Origin: Actinomycetota bacterium
GTDB taxonomy: Bacteria > Actinomycetota > Actinomycetes > Nanopelagicales > Nanopelagicaceae
Assembly (NCBI GenBank): GCA_026392825.1
Contig: JAPLBF010000006.1
Coordinates: forward strand, 41-64,040
DNA: 64,000 nucleotides
Direction of reading: 5' to 3'
Positions 1 through 10,761 of this stretch are shown here, piece after piece; position 1 is the stretch's first letter; each line of letters opens with the position of its first letter. Under the pieces are notes generated by a model that did no database searches, was not told the DNA's origin, and was given only the letters and a program-made list of their open reading frames with translations. Both the position numbers and the translations under genes were made by a program.

Positions 1-987
1 CGCTAAACCGTACGGAATTCCAGATTGTTGGGCGTAACCAATAGCTGCAGGTGTTCCAGATTCTGGAACTGGAATCACTAAATCTGCCTCAACTGGTGCC
101 TCAATTGCTAAACGTTTTCCGATGCGCACTCGTGTTGCGTGAACGCCTTGACCGGCAATTGTTGTATCTGGACGAGCCAAGTAAACATATTCAAAGAGAC
201 AACCTTTTGGATCAGGTTTTGCCCACATTTCGGAGCGAATCCCATCTTCGTTGATCGCCAAGAATTCGCCAGGTTCTACTTCGCGCACAAAGGCGGCGCC
301 CACGATATCCAGGGCTGCAGTTTCAGAAGCAACAACCCAACCGCGTTCTAATTTTCCAATTACGAGCGGGCGAACGCCGTGTCGATCGCGCGCTGCATAT
401 AAAGTTTTCTCATCCATAAATACCAACGAGAATGCGCCTTCTAGTTTTGGTAATACAGCTATTGCGCTAGCTTCTACATTCTTCTCATCTTGCAGGCCAA
501 TTAGCGCCGTCATAATTTCAGTATCTGTTGTGGCGCCTCGTCCATTTTTCGCTGAGTCGCCTTCGAGTTTCTGAACCATCTCAGCCAGATCGCCGGTATT
601 CGTTAAATTCCCATTGTGGGCTAGCGCCAAAGTGCCGTATTTAGTTGGCCTTAGCGTTGGTTGGGCGTTAACCCAAGTGCTTGATCCTGTTGTGCTGTAA
701 CGACAATGGCCAATTGCTAAATCACCAGTTAAAGATGCTAAATCAGTTTCGGTAAATACTTGCGAAACTAGCCCCATATCTTTGTAAATTAAGATTCGCT
801 CGCCATCACTTGCTGCGATACCTGCAGATTCTTGTCCGCGATGTTGCAGGGCGTACAAGCCATAGAAAGTGAGCTTTGCGACTTCTTCTTTCGGAGCCCA
901 CACACCAAATACTCCACAAGCATCTTGCGGCGCTTTATCGTCATCTAAGACGTTATGGTTTAAGAGACCATCCGGGCGGCGCGTCAT
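1..987 (-). CDS. purF: Amidophosphoribosyltransferase (5' part; runs off the left edge)
   Basis: Not in ORF track. Manual translation from ATG 987: MTRRPDGLLNHNVLDDDKAPQDA-CGVFGVWAP...LYALQHRGQESAG (propeptide + Ntn Cys); ends ...QQSGIPYGLA at base 1; ATGA overlap with upstream gene. Confidence 0.96.
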   Translation of the reverse strand, partial: MTRRPDGLLNHNVLDDDKAPQDACGVFGVWAPKEEVAKLTFYGLYALQHRGQESAGIAASDGERILIYKDMGLVSQVFTETDLASLTGDLAIGHCRYSTTGSSTWVNAQPTLRPTKYGTLALAHNGNLTNTGDLAEMVQKLEGDSAKNGRGATTDTEIMTALIGLQDEKNVEASAIAVLPKLEGAFSLVFMDEKTLYAARDRHGVRPLVIGKLERGWVVASETAALDIVGAAFVREVEPGEFLAINEDGIRSEMWAKPDPKGCLFEYVYLARPDTTIAGQGVHATRVRIGKRLAIEAPVEADLVIPVPESGTPAAIGYAQQSGIPYGLA

Positions 988-1280
988 GGCTTAATCCTAA
1001 TTGGCAAATATTCGGTTAAATCTGCACGCGCACCAGATGCATTTATATCCCCTGCTGACATTGCATCGGCCCAGGTGCGCTCACCCTTAGCCAAGGCCAA
1101 CCAGGTGTCTGCGCTCATCTCAATTAAATTTGCGGGAGTGCCGCGGGTATGGGTTGGTCCATCGCCACATTGCACCGCTGCATAAGGTGGAATCCTAACT
1201 TCAATCGCGCGGCCAGGTGAGCGTTCAACGAGCGCTGCCAGCGTCTGCTTCACCTCTTCTAGAATTATTGGATCGCGCAT
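984..1280 (-). CDS. Bacterial sterol-carrier (SCP-like) family protein
   Basis: 98 aa; PGRAIEVRIPPYAAVQC..GPTHTRGTP.N.IEM motif; usual actinobacterial position between purL and purF. Confidence 0.8.
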   Translation of the reverse strand: MRDPIILEEVKQTLAALVERSPGRAIEVRIPPYAAVQCGDGPTHTRGTPANLIEMSADTWLALAKGERTWADAMSAGDINASGARADLTEYLPIRIKP

Positions 1281-1282
1281 CT

Positions 1283-3514
1283 TTATCCAAACAACTTTGG
1301 GAAAGTTTCGGTATGAGCCTTGCGAAGTTCTGTTAATGAAATGTCCGCACCATTAATTATCAAACTAGATCCACCGGTGGTTCCAATTTTGGTAATTGCT
1401 ATGTTTTCTTTTGCAGCCAAAGCTAGGAGTGCTGCGCTCTTTGTAGGATCAACAGCGACGACAACGCGCCCCGGTGATTCCGAAATCAGAGTTGTTCCAG
1501 GTTTTTCAATATCAATAATTGCACCGACGTTATGACGTAGAACCATCTCAGTCAGAGTCGCACTAAGTCCACCTTGGCTTAAGTCATGTGCTGCGGTAAA
1601 TATTTGTGAAGTTCGTCCAGCAACAAGTAAGTTAATTAGGCGCATTTCTCGCTGTAAATCAGCGATTGGAGCTTTACCGCCGCGCTGTCCGTGCATGTAA
1701 GCCCACTCGCTGCCTGCGATGTCATCGTTGGTATCACCGAGTAAAAAGAGTTGTAATTCTGCGCGATCAAAACTCATTGGTGTTCGTGTGCGAACATCAT
1801 CAATAACGCCAAGTACGCCGATCACAGGAGTTGGCAAGATCGCGACTGCGCCAGTTTGGTTGTAGAAAGAAACGTTGCCGCCAGTTACTGGCAGACCCAT
1901 CTCTAAACATCCATCAGCAAGTCCACGAACTGATTCGGCGAATTGCCACATCACGCCAGGATCTTCTGGAGATCCAAAGTTAAGGCAATTAGTCACAGCA
2001 AGTGGCTTGGCACCCGCTGTTGCAATATTGCGTGCAGCTTCGGCAAGTGCCAATTTTGCACCCTCGTAAGGATTTAAGTATGACCAATTGGCATTTGCAT
2101 CGGTTGCAATTGCCACACCAAGATTTGTCTTCTCATCAATGCGAACCATTCCGGAATCATCTGGTTGAGATTGGATGGTATTTCCCTGAACATAACGATC
2201 GTATTGCGCGGTTACCCAAGATTTATCCGCCAGATTTGGAGTGGCAGCTAATTTCAGAACGGTTTCTTTTATCTGCTCGGCAGTTTCAGGCCGCGGAACG
2301 TTTATCACTTCGGCATTAACGCGATCTATATATTCCGGCTTAGCAAGCGGACGGTTATATACGGGACCTTCGTGAGCGACGGTGCGCGGTGGAACATCGA
2401 CGATTAATTCGCCGTGCCAGGTTATTTCCAAACGTTCGCCATCGGTTACTTCACCTATTACCGTGACCGTCACATCCCATTTTTTGCAGATTTCTAAGAA
2501 GCGAGCAATATGTTTTGGTTCCACAATCGCGCACATGCGCTCTTGTGATTCAGACATCAAGATTTCTTCTGGAGATAAAGTGGCATCGCGCAACAGAACT
2601 CGATCAAGTTCAACTTTCATGCCGCCGCTGCCGCCAGATGCTAATTCGCTGGTGGCGCAAGATAAGCCTGCCCCGCCAAGGTCTTGGATACCTACGACAA
2701 GGTCTTCTGCGAAAATTTCCAGCGAACATTCAATTAAGACTTTTTCAACGAATGGATCTCCGACTTGTACCGCTGGGCGCTTTGCGGGACCAGTGGCATC
2801 AAAAGTTTCTGAGGCCAAGACGGAAACTCCGCCGATGCCATCGCCACCGGTTTTTGCACCATAAAGCACAACTAGATTTCCAGCGCCGGCTGCTTTCGCT
2901 AGTTTGATATCGCTATGTTTCATAACTCCAACACATAAAGCATTTACAAGCGGGTTGCCTATATAAGTCTCATCGAATACAACTTCTCCACCAATGTTGG
3001 GCAAGCCTAGACAATTTCCATATCCACCAACGCCCGCGATAATTCCGGGCAGAACACGACGTGTGTCGGCGGCATCAGCTGGACCAAAACGAAGTGGATC
3101 CATCACTGCAATCGGGCGGGCACCCATTGTTAAAATATCGCGAACGATTCCACCAACTCCAGTTGCTGCTCCTTGATACGGCTCAATGAATGAAGGGTGG
3201 TTATGTGATTCAATTTTAAAAGTAACTGCATATCCCTGACCAACGTCAACTACTCCAGCATTTTCACCAATACCGACCAAGAGCGCATCAGTCTTTACAA
3301 CCTTATCTCCAAATTGTTTTAAGTGAACCTTCGAAGATTTGTAAGAACAGTGTTCTGACCACATCACCGAATACATCGCGAGCTCTGAAGATGTTGGGCG
3401 GCGCCCTAAAATTTCTTTGATGCGGGTGTATTCATCGCCTTTAAGTCCGAGTTCTGCATATGGCTGATTTGTGTCCGGGTTTGCTTTGGCAATTGCAACA
3501 GTGTCTAGCGCCAT
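1283..3514 (-). CDS. purL: Phosphoribosylformylglycinamidine synthase subunit PurL
   Basis: 743 aa; [33 protein letters not shown] motifs. Confidence 0.98.
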   Translation of the reverse strand: MALDTVAIAKANPDTNQPYAELGLKGDEYTRIKEILGRRPTSSELAMYSVMWSEHCSYKSSKVHLKQFGDKVVKTDALLVGIGENAGVVDVGQGYAVTFKIESHNHPSFIEPYQGAATGVGGIVRDILTMGARPIAVMDPLRFGPADAADTRRVLPGIIAGVGGYGNCLGLPNIGGEVVFDETYIGNPLVNALCVGVMKHSDIKLAKAAGAGNLVVLYGAKTGGDGIGGVSVLASETFDATGPAKRPAVQVGDPFVEKVLIECSLEIFAEDLVVGIQDLGGAGLSCATSELASGGSGGMKVELDRVLLRDATLSPEEILMSESQERMCAIVEPKHIARFLEICKKWDVTVTVIGEVTDGERLEITWHGELIVDVPPRTVAHEGPVYNRPLAKPEYIDRVNAEVINVPRPETAEQIKETVLKLAATPNLADKSWVTAQYDRYVQGNTIQSQPDDSGMVRIDEKTNLGVAIATDANANWSYLNPYEGAKLALAEAARNIATAGAKPLAVTNCLNFGSPEDPGVMWQFAESVRGLADGCLEMGLPVTGGNVSFYNQTGAVAILPTPVIGVLGVIDDVRTRTPMSFDRAELQLFLLGDTNDDIAGSEWAYMHGQRGGKAPIADLQREMRLINLLVAGRTSQIFTAAHDLSQGGLSATLTEMVLRHNVGAIIDIEKPGTTLISESPGRVVVAVDPTKSAALLALAAKENIAITKIGTTGGSSLIINGADISLTELRKAHTETFPKLFG

Positions 3515-4182
3515 TACTTCACCATCGCATTTAAGACCGATGTAAAGAAGCCCAAGCCATCTGCTGTTGGTCCAGTTAAAGGATCAATCGCGTGCTCTGG
3601 GTGAGGCATCAAACCAACCACATTGCCGCGCTCATTGGTAATTCCGGCAATTTTATTCCGTGAACCATTTGGATTTTCGCCTACATAACGCGCAATTATG
3701 CGACCTTCACCTTCTAAAGCCGCCAGTGTTGCATCATCACATTGAAAAGATCCTTCGCCATTTTTGAGCGGAATAACAATCTCTTGACCTACTTTGTAGG
3801 AAGTGGTCCAAGCTGTTTGGTTATTTGTTATCTCTAATTTTTGATCGCGGCAGAGAAAGTGCAGTTCGTGATTGCGGGTGAGTGCACCTGGTAGTAAGTG
3901 TGCTTCGCAAAGCACTTGGAAGCCATTGCATATTCCCAACAGCGGCATCCCGCCATTTGCGGCATCAATAATTTTTTCCATAACTGGAGCAAAACGTGAA
4001 ATCGCACCACAGCGCAGATAATCTCCATAAGAAAAACCGCCAGGCAAGATAACTGCATCCACGCCTTTTAGGTCAGCATCGTTATGCCAAAGCGAAACCG
4101 CAGTGGTTCCGGCATGTGTTGCCGCACGCGCTGCATCGCGATCATCTAGCGTGCCTGGAAAAGTTACTACGCCAACTTTCAT
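3514..4182 (-). CDS. purQ: FGAM synthase glutaminase subunit PurQ
   Basis: [29 protein letters not shown] motifs. Confidence 0.98.
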   Translation of the reverse strand: MKVGVVTFPGTLDDRDAARAATHAGTTAVSLWHNDADLKGVDAVILPGGFSYGDYLRCGAISRFAPVMEKIIDAANGGMPLLGICNGFQVLCEAHLLPGALTRNHELHFLCRDQKLEITNNQTAWTTSYKVGQEIVIPLKNGEGSFQCDDATLAALEGEGRIIARYVGENPNGSRNKIAGITNERGNVVGLMPHPEHAIDPLTGPTADGLGFFTSVLNAMVK

Positions 4183-4428
4183 TTACTTCTCAACTCGCAC
4201 TGTGAATGTTTCGATAACTGGATTGGCAAGTAGTTTTTCGGCCGCTTTTTCTACTTCAGCGAGTTGCGCAGGAGTTGGCTCACCATCTACCTCAATTTCA
4301 AAACGTTTTCCTTGACGCACACTCTTGGCGAAGGTGAAGCCCAGGCGAGGTAGCGCGGCAGAAACAGCAACACCTTGTGGGTCGAGAATTTCTGGCTTTA
4401 ACATCACATCGACCACGATCTTTGCCAT
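4183..4428 (-). CDS. purS: FGAM synthase subunit PurS
   Basis: Start moved to ATG 4428 (AAGGAG RBS): MAKIVVDVMLKPEILDPQG...LLANPVIE; 81 aa. Confidence 0.95.
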   Translation of the reverse strand: MAKIVVDVMLKPEILDPQGVAVSAALPRLGFTFAKSVRQGKRFEIEVDGEPTPAQLAEVEKAAEKLLANPVIETFTVRVEK

Positions 4429-4447
4429 TTTCTGCTCCTTTAGTTTT

Positions 4448-5329
4448 TTAAAACTTATTGCCGGTAATTCGAAAAAAGGCTTCTTCATATCGCGCTGCAG
4501 TCTTTTCGATTATTTCTGCAGGCAATTCTGGTGGTGGGCTCTTCTTATCCCAACCGCTGGAGGTAAGAAAATCTCTTACAAATTGTTTATCAAATGAGGC
4601 TGGTGCGCTACCTGGGTTCCAGCTGGTGGCCTCCCAAAAACGTGAAGAATCAGGCGTGAGCGCCTCATCTCCGAGTGTAATTACTCCTTTGGCATCGCGG
4701 CCAAATTCAAATTTCGTGTCAGCCAAGATGATCCCGCGGCTGTTGGCAAACTCTGATGCAGTGTCGTAAAGCTTGACTGTCAGATCGCGCAGTTGCTCAG
4801 CATCTGCGTTGCCAACAATCTTGGCCGCGGTTGCATAGTCAATATTTATATCGTGATCACCAATTTCAGCTTTTGTCGCTGGCGTAAAAATGGTTTCAGG
4901 TAATTGTGATCCATCAACCAAGCCTGCTGGAAGTAAATTGCCACAGACCGCTTGGCTACTTTTATATTCAGTAAGCCCACTGCCGGTTAAGTAGCCGCGC
5001 GCCACACACTCAATGGCAAACATTTCTAGCGGTTTAACGATCACTGCACGATCACTGAATTCGGCTGGGACTTCATCGCTAATTATGTGGTTAGGGACTA
5101 GATCTTCTAATAACTCAAACCAGAAAAGTGAGAGTTGGGTAAGTATCGCCCCTTTATTTGGAATCTCTGATGGAAGAACCCAGTCAAATGCTGAAATGCG
5201 ATCTGAAGTAACCAATAAAATCTCTTCTTTGTTGTTTGTATAGAGATCGCGAACTTTTCCGGTGCGCAAGTGTTGCCAACCATGTATGGATGGTGCTGGC
5301 GGTGCGCCAGCCAAACCGAAGCCGCTCAC
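4448..5329 (-). CDS. purC: SAICAR synthase
   Basis: GKVRDLY, SDRISAFD, ECVARGYLTGS, ILADTKFEFG, DSSRFW, DKQFVRD. Confidence 0.97.
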   Translation of the reverse strand: MSGFGLAGAPPAPSIHGWQHLRTGKVRDLYTNNKEEILLVTSDRISAFDWVLPSEIPNKGAILTQLSLFWFELLEDLVPNHIISDEVPAEFSDRAVIVKPLEMFAIECVARGYLTGSGLTEYKSSQAVCGNLLPAGLVDGSQLPETIFTPATKAEIGDHDINIDYATAAKIVGNADAEQLRDLTVKLYDTASEFANSRGIILADTKFEFGRDAKGVITLGDEALTPDSSRFWEATSWNPGSAPASFDKQFVRDFLTSSGWDKKSPPPELPAEIIEKTAARYEEAFFRITGNKF

Positions 5330-6747
5330 CTGATGGAGTGTGGTTTGTACTGCGCTGCGGCAGGGTGCGCGGAAGTAATCGCGTCAATGCGATCTACAAC
5401 TCGAGCAATTTGTTGGCGAGCATCGCCAGTAAATTCAATAGGTTGGCTAATTAGCGCATCAAGTGCTTTGCGATCTAGCGGGATTCGCGCATCTGCAGCA
5501 AGTGCATCGAGTAATGAGTTTGCCTTTCCTTCGCGCATAGCAAGGGCAGCCTTAACTGCGTGCTCTTTAATAGCTTCGTGGGCAACTTCGCGGCCCACGC
5601 CAGCTTTCACCGAAGCCATCAAGATTTTTGTTGTGGCAAGGAAGGGAAGATAGCGATCTAATTCAGCCTGAATTACCGCGGGAAATGCTCCAAATTCATT
5701 TAATACCGTCAAGGTCGTTTCGAGTAAGCCATCAATTGCATAGAAAGCATCAGGCAGAGCAACTCGGCGCACAACGCTGCAAGAAACATCGCCTTCGTTC
5801 CATTGATCGCCGGCAAGCTCAGAGACCATAGAGGCATATCCGCGCAAAATAACGCTTAGCCCATTGATTCGCTCACAAGAACGAGTATTCATCTTGTGTG
5901 GCATCGCAGATGAACCAACTTGTCCATCTTTAAATCCTTCGGTGACGAGTTCTGCACCGGCCATCAAGCGAATTGATGTGGCAAGTGAAGATGGACTGGC
6001 CGCTAATTGCACCAAAGTGGTTACGACGTCGTAATCAAGTGAGCGTGGATAAATCTGACCAGTTGAATCAGGAACTCGGTTAAAACCTAGATCGTTTGCA
6101 ATTTCTAATTCTAAGGATTGATGCGACTTAGATGAACCGAGAAGATCAATTGAATCTTGTGCAGTGCCAACTGGGCCCTTTATTCCACGCATCGGGTAAC
6201 GATCTTGTAGCGAAGCTAGTCGTTCGTATGCAAACAGCAGCTCTTCGGCAGCAGATGCAAAGCGTTTTCCTAAAGTTGTTATTTGCGCCGGCACATTATG
6301 TGATCTACCAGCAATTGGTTGTGCAGAATATTGCGCAGCTTTCTCGCCAAGTTGGGCCAACACTGCAACAACTTTTCCATGCACAATTTCTAAACCATTC
6401 TTAATTTGAAGGGCTTCAATATTTTCCGTCACATCGCGGCTAGTCATTCCCGCGTGAATCGCCTCGTGTCCGGCCAAAGCATTGAACTCTTCGATCCGCG
6501 CTTTTACATCGTGGCGAGTGATTTTTTCGCGCGCATCAATCGATGCTAGGTCTACCTTGTTTAAAACTTTTTCGTAATCTGTAATGACAGAATCAGCAAT
6601 TATGTGACCTAGCTTGTTTTGTGCACGAGCAACCGCCAGCCATAACCGGCGTTCTGCAATGATTTTCTCTTCTGGTGCAAAGATGGCGCGCATTGCCTTT
6701 GATGCATAACGATCTGCAAGGACGCTCACTGACTTATTCTCCCCCAT
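5326..6747 (-). CDS. purB: Adenylosuccinate lyase
   Basis: GSSAMPHKMN fumarase-family signature; TRHDVKA, HAGMTSRD. Confidence 0.96.
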   Translation of the reverse strand: MGENKSVSVLADRYASKAMRAIFAPEEKIIAERRLWLAVARAQNKLGHIIADSVITDYEKVLNKVDLASIDAREKITRHDVKARIEEFNALAGHEAIHAGMTSRDVTENIEALQIKNGLEIVHGKVVAVLAQLGEKAAQYSAQPIAGRSHNVPAQITTLGKRFASAAEELLFAYERLASLQDRYPMRGIKGPVGTAQDSIDLLGSSKSHQSLELEIANDLGFNRVPDSTGQIYPRSLDYDVVTTLVQLAASPSSLATSIRLMAGAELVTEGFKDGQVGSSAMPHKMNTRSCERINGLSVILRGYASMVSELAGDQWNEGDVSCSVVRRVALPDAFYAIDGLLETTLTVLNEFGAFPAVIQAELDRYLPFLATTKILMASVKAGVGREVAHEAIKEHAVKAALAMREGKANSLLDALAADARIPLDRKALDALISQPIEFTGDARQQIARVVDRIDAITSAHPAAAQYKPHSIR

Positions 6748-7992
6748 TTAATTGCCCTTCTCAGCGACCGACGCATTTAGCGCAATATCGCTGCGATAGA
6801 AAGATCCGGAAAGTTCGATCTGTGAGATCGCGCGATATGCGCGATCGCGGGCCTGCGTTAAATCTTCACCGAGACCAGTAATCGTCATGACGCGTCCTCC
6901 GGCTGAGACCAAGGCGTCGCCGCTTTGTGTTGTGCCGGCATGAAAGATTTGCGTATCTGCGATCACCGGAATCTTAGTTATTGCGCCATTTACTTGCGGC
7001 GCATCCGGATAACCCGGTGCTGCCAATACAACTGTCACAGCGCTTTCATCTCGCCATTCGAGTGCCACATCATCTAGCGAATCTGTTGCCGCTTTATATA
7101 AAAGCGTTGCTAGCGGAGTTTTCAATCGCGGAATTAACACTTGAGTCTCAGGATCACCAAAGCGCGCGTTAAATTCAATAACTCGTAATCCGTGATCAGT
7201 AAGTGCAAGTCCGGCATATAGAAGTCCGACAAATGGTGTTCCGCGCGCTGACATTTCTGCAATCATCGGAGCTAAGACTTTTTCGTATGTCTCATCAACG
7301 ATGTCATCAGGTGCCCACGGAAGTGGTGAGTAAGCACCCATGCCGCCAGTGTTCGGACCCTCATCAAAATCGTAGGCACGTTTGAAATCTTGCGCAGGTT
7401 GCATTGGCAATATGTTGCGTCCATCGGAAATTCCAAAGAGCGAAATTTCTGGACCATTTAAATACTCTTCAATTACTACACGTTTGCAAGAGAGTGCATG
7501 TGCTAACGCAATTGCGCGATCATCAGTAACGACAACGCCCTTACCTGCAGCTAGACCATCATCTTTGACAACATATGGAGCGCCAAAAGCATCGAGAGCG
7601 CTTTCGATCTCTTCCTGGTTTTCACAGGTGAAACTGCGCGAAGTTGGTACTCCTGCATCGCGCATTACCCCTTTAGCAAAGTGTTTTGAGCCCTCTAACT
7701 GCGCTGCCGCTTTAGATGGACCAAAGGTTGTGATGCCAGCGGCGCGAAGTAAGTCGGCAACGCCATTTACCAAAGGGACTTCCGGGCCGATTACTACTAA
7801 ATCAACGCTTAAATTTTTTGCGAGTTCAACGATTGCAGTGTTATCTGTGACTGCAACGAGATGGTTGGTAGCGATCTGCGAAGTACCGGGATTACCTGGC
7901 GCGCAATGCAATTCGGTGCAAGCTGAATCTGCTTGTAGTCCTAGTGCAAGTGCGTGTTCTCGACCGCCACTTCCGACTAGGAGGATTTTCAT
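6748..7992 (-). CDS. purD: Phosphoribosylamine-glycine ligase
   Basis: GSGGREHA, LEGSKHFAK, GPNTGGMGAY, EFNARFGDPE. Confidence 0.98.
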   Translation of the reverse strand: MKILLVGSGGREHALALGLQADSACTELHCAPGNPGTSQIATNHLVAVTDNTAIVELAKNLSVDLVVIGPEVPLVNGVADLLRAAGITTFGPSKAAAQLEGSKHFAKGVMRDAGVPTSRSFTCENQEEIESALDAFGAPYVVKDDGLAAGKGVVVTDDRAIALAHALSCKRVVIEEYLNGPEISLFGISDGRNILPMQPAQDFKRAYDFDEGPNTGGMGAYSPLPWAPDDIVDETYEKVLAPMIAEMSARGTPFVGLLYAGLALTDHGLRVIEFNARFGDPETQVLIPRLKTPLATLLYKAATDSLDDVALEWRDESAVTVVLAAPGYPDAPQVNGAITKIPVIADTQIFHAGTTQSGDALVSAGGRVMTITGLGEDLTQARDRAYRAISQIELSGSFYRSDIALNASVAEKGN

Positions 7993-7995
7993 GGT

Positions 7996-9315
<1,320 letters not shown>

Positions 9316-10350
9316 TTACTTTTTTAGTGATGTACCGGTGGAACGCAGATCAGCGCAAGCGTGAACAACGCGTGCCGCCATTCCCGCTTCAGCAGCTTTA
9401 CCCCATGCACGTGGATCGTACATCTTTTTATTTCCAACTTCGCTGTCAATCTTTAACACGCCGTCATAGTTCTTGAGCATGTGGTCCACTACTGGACGAG
9501 TAAATGCATATTGCGTATCAGTATCGATATTCATCTTAATTACGCCGTAATCAAGTGAATCGCGGATTTCTGAAAGAAGAGAACCTGAACCACCGTGGAA
9601 AACCAAGTCCATCGGCTTACTTCCTGCGGCAAGGCCCTTCTTTGCAACAACCGCATCCTGCAGCGTCTGCAAAATCTTTGGCTGCAAGACAACGTTGCCT
9701 GGCTTATAAACACCGTGGACGTTACCGAATGTTGCTGCGACCATGTAACGACCGCGCTCTCCGAGTCCAAGAGTTTCGATTGTCATCAAGGCATCTTCGG
9801 GAGTTGAGTACAACTTCGCATCGTGCTTTGCTTCAACGCCATCTTCTTCGCCACCGACAACGCCGATTTCGATTTCTAGAATTGTGCGAGCAGCAACAGA
9901 TTTGGTGAGAAGCTCATCTGCAATCTTCATATTTTCATTCATATCAACTGCTGAGCCATCCCACATATGTGAGTTAAAGAGTGGGGCCTGTCCATTTTTG
10001 ATGCGCTGTGCACCGATTTCCAAAAGTGGACGCATATAGCCATCGAGCTTTTCTGCCGGGCAGTGATCAGTGTGGATTGCGATATTTACATTGTAATTTT
10101 TAGCGACAACGTGTGCGAACTCGGCGAGCGCAACTGCGCCATCGACCATGTTCTTAACTGTTGAACCGGATGCGTATTCTGCCCCGCCCCAAGAAAATTG
10201 AATGATTCCATCTGATTCAGCTTCGGCGAAACCACGAAGTGCTGCGATCAGTGTTTGTGATGATGAAACGTTTATTGCGGGATATGCAAATGCGCCAGCT
10301 TTCGCGCGATCCAACATCTCGGCGTAAATTTCAGGGGTTGCTATGGCCAT
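9316..10350 (-). CDS. fbaA: Class II fructose-bisphosphate aldolase
   Basis: Start moved to ATG 10350 (GGAG RBS): MAIATPE; HTDHC, FGNVHGVYK, FHGGSG, KMNIDTD motifs. Confidence 0.96.
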   Translation of the reverse strand: MAIATPEIYAEMLDRAKAGAFAYPAINVSSSQTLIAALRGFAEAESDGIIQFSWGGAEYASGSTVKNMVDGAVALAEFAHVVAKNYNVNIAIHTDHCPAEKLDGYMRPLLEIGAQRIKNGQAPLFNSHMWDGSAVDMNENMKIADELLTKSVAARTILEIEIGVVGGEEDGVEAKHDAKLYSTPEDALMTIETLGLGERGRYMVAATFGNVHGVYKPGNVVLQPKILQTLQDAVVAKKGLAAGSKPMDLVFHGGSGSLLSEIRDSLDYGVIKMNIDTDTQYAFTRPVVDHMLKNYDGVLKIDSEVGNKKMYDPRAWGKAAEAGMAARVVHACADLRSTGTSLKK

Positions 10351-10448
10351 AATGACTCCAAAATATCTCGGGGCGTAATCCCTGACCGAGCGCGTCATTG
10401 GGCCGAATTCAGGCTTACGCCTAATCCAACCACCTTCGCAGGCGGATG

Positions 10449-10485
10449 AAAAATCGCCATTCCCATCACGCGTAGGAAATGGCGA
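10449..10485 (-). terminator. Intrinsic terminator-like hairpin
   Basis: Plus strand TCGCCATTCCC(10454-64)...GGAAATGGCGA(10475-85), preceded by A5 (= U-tract on the minus strand); downstream of the small ORF at 10529-10627. Confidence 0.6.
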
Positions 10486-10528
10486 CTTTCCGTCCGATTG
10501 GCACCTGTCTTTAGATGGTTATGGATCT

Positions 10529-10627
10529 TTACGGATGGAGCAATTTCTGCAGGAAGGCGATCAAGCCAGCCAGGAGAGCTGGGCTGCTGATTATCTTCAG
10601 AAGCATCACAAGAAATGATGTGTACAT
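10529..10627 (-). CDS. Putative 32-aa hydrophobic peptide MYTSFLVMLLKIISSPALLAGLIAFLQKLLHP
   Basis: Manual translation; GGAAAGGG RBS-like tract 5 nt upstream of ATG; single hydrophobic segment; terminator-like hairpin downstream; below ORF-track cutoff. Confidence 0.5.
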   Translation of the reverse strand: MYTSFLVMLLKIISSPALLAGLIAFLQKLLHP

Positions 10628-10761
10628 ATTTTCCCTTTCCATTCTTCTTCTCTAGCTCGCACCTCGTTCGAGGTTAGAAGGCTGGGATCTTGCCCCATAT
10701 CTCCCATGCCACACCCAGAAAGCCTTCCGCCTGTTGATATTGACGAGTAATCTGCAGAGTT

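Noticed and set aside
10515-10655. Plus-strand short ORFs (46 aa MVMDLYGW..., 27 aa MEQFLQEG...)
   Set aside because: No clear RBS or leaderless -10 and no coherent protein features; likely shadows of the minus-strand ORF.
10399-10761. Ms1/scr3559-type RNA polymerase-binding RNA, which lies near acs in other actinomycetes
   Set aside because: The conserved segments I recall (GGCACCCAC, TGGTAACCGGG) are absent and the usual HAD-hydrolase neighbour is missing; an Rfam scan would settle it.
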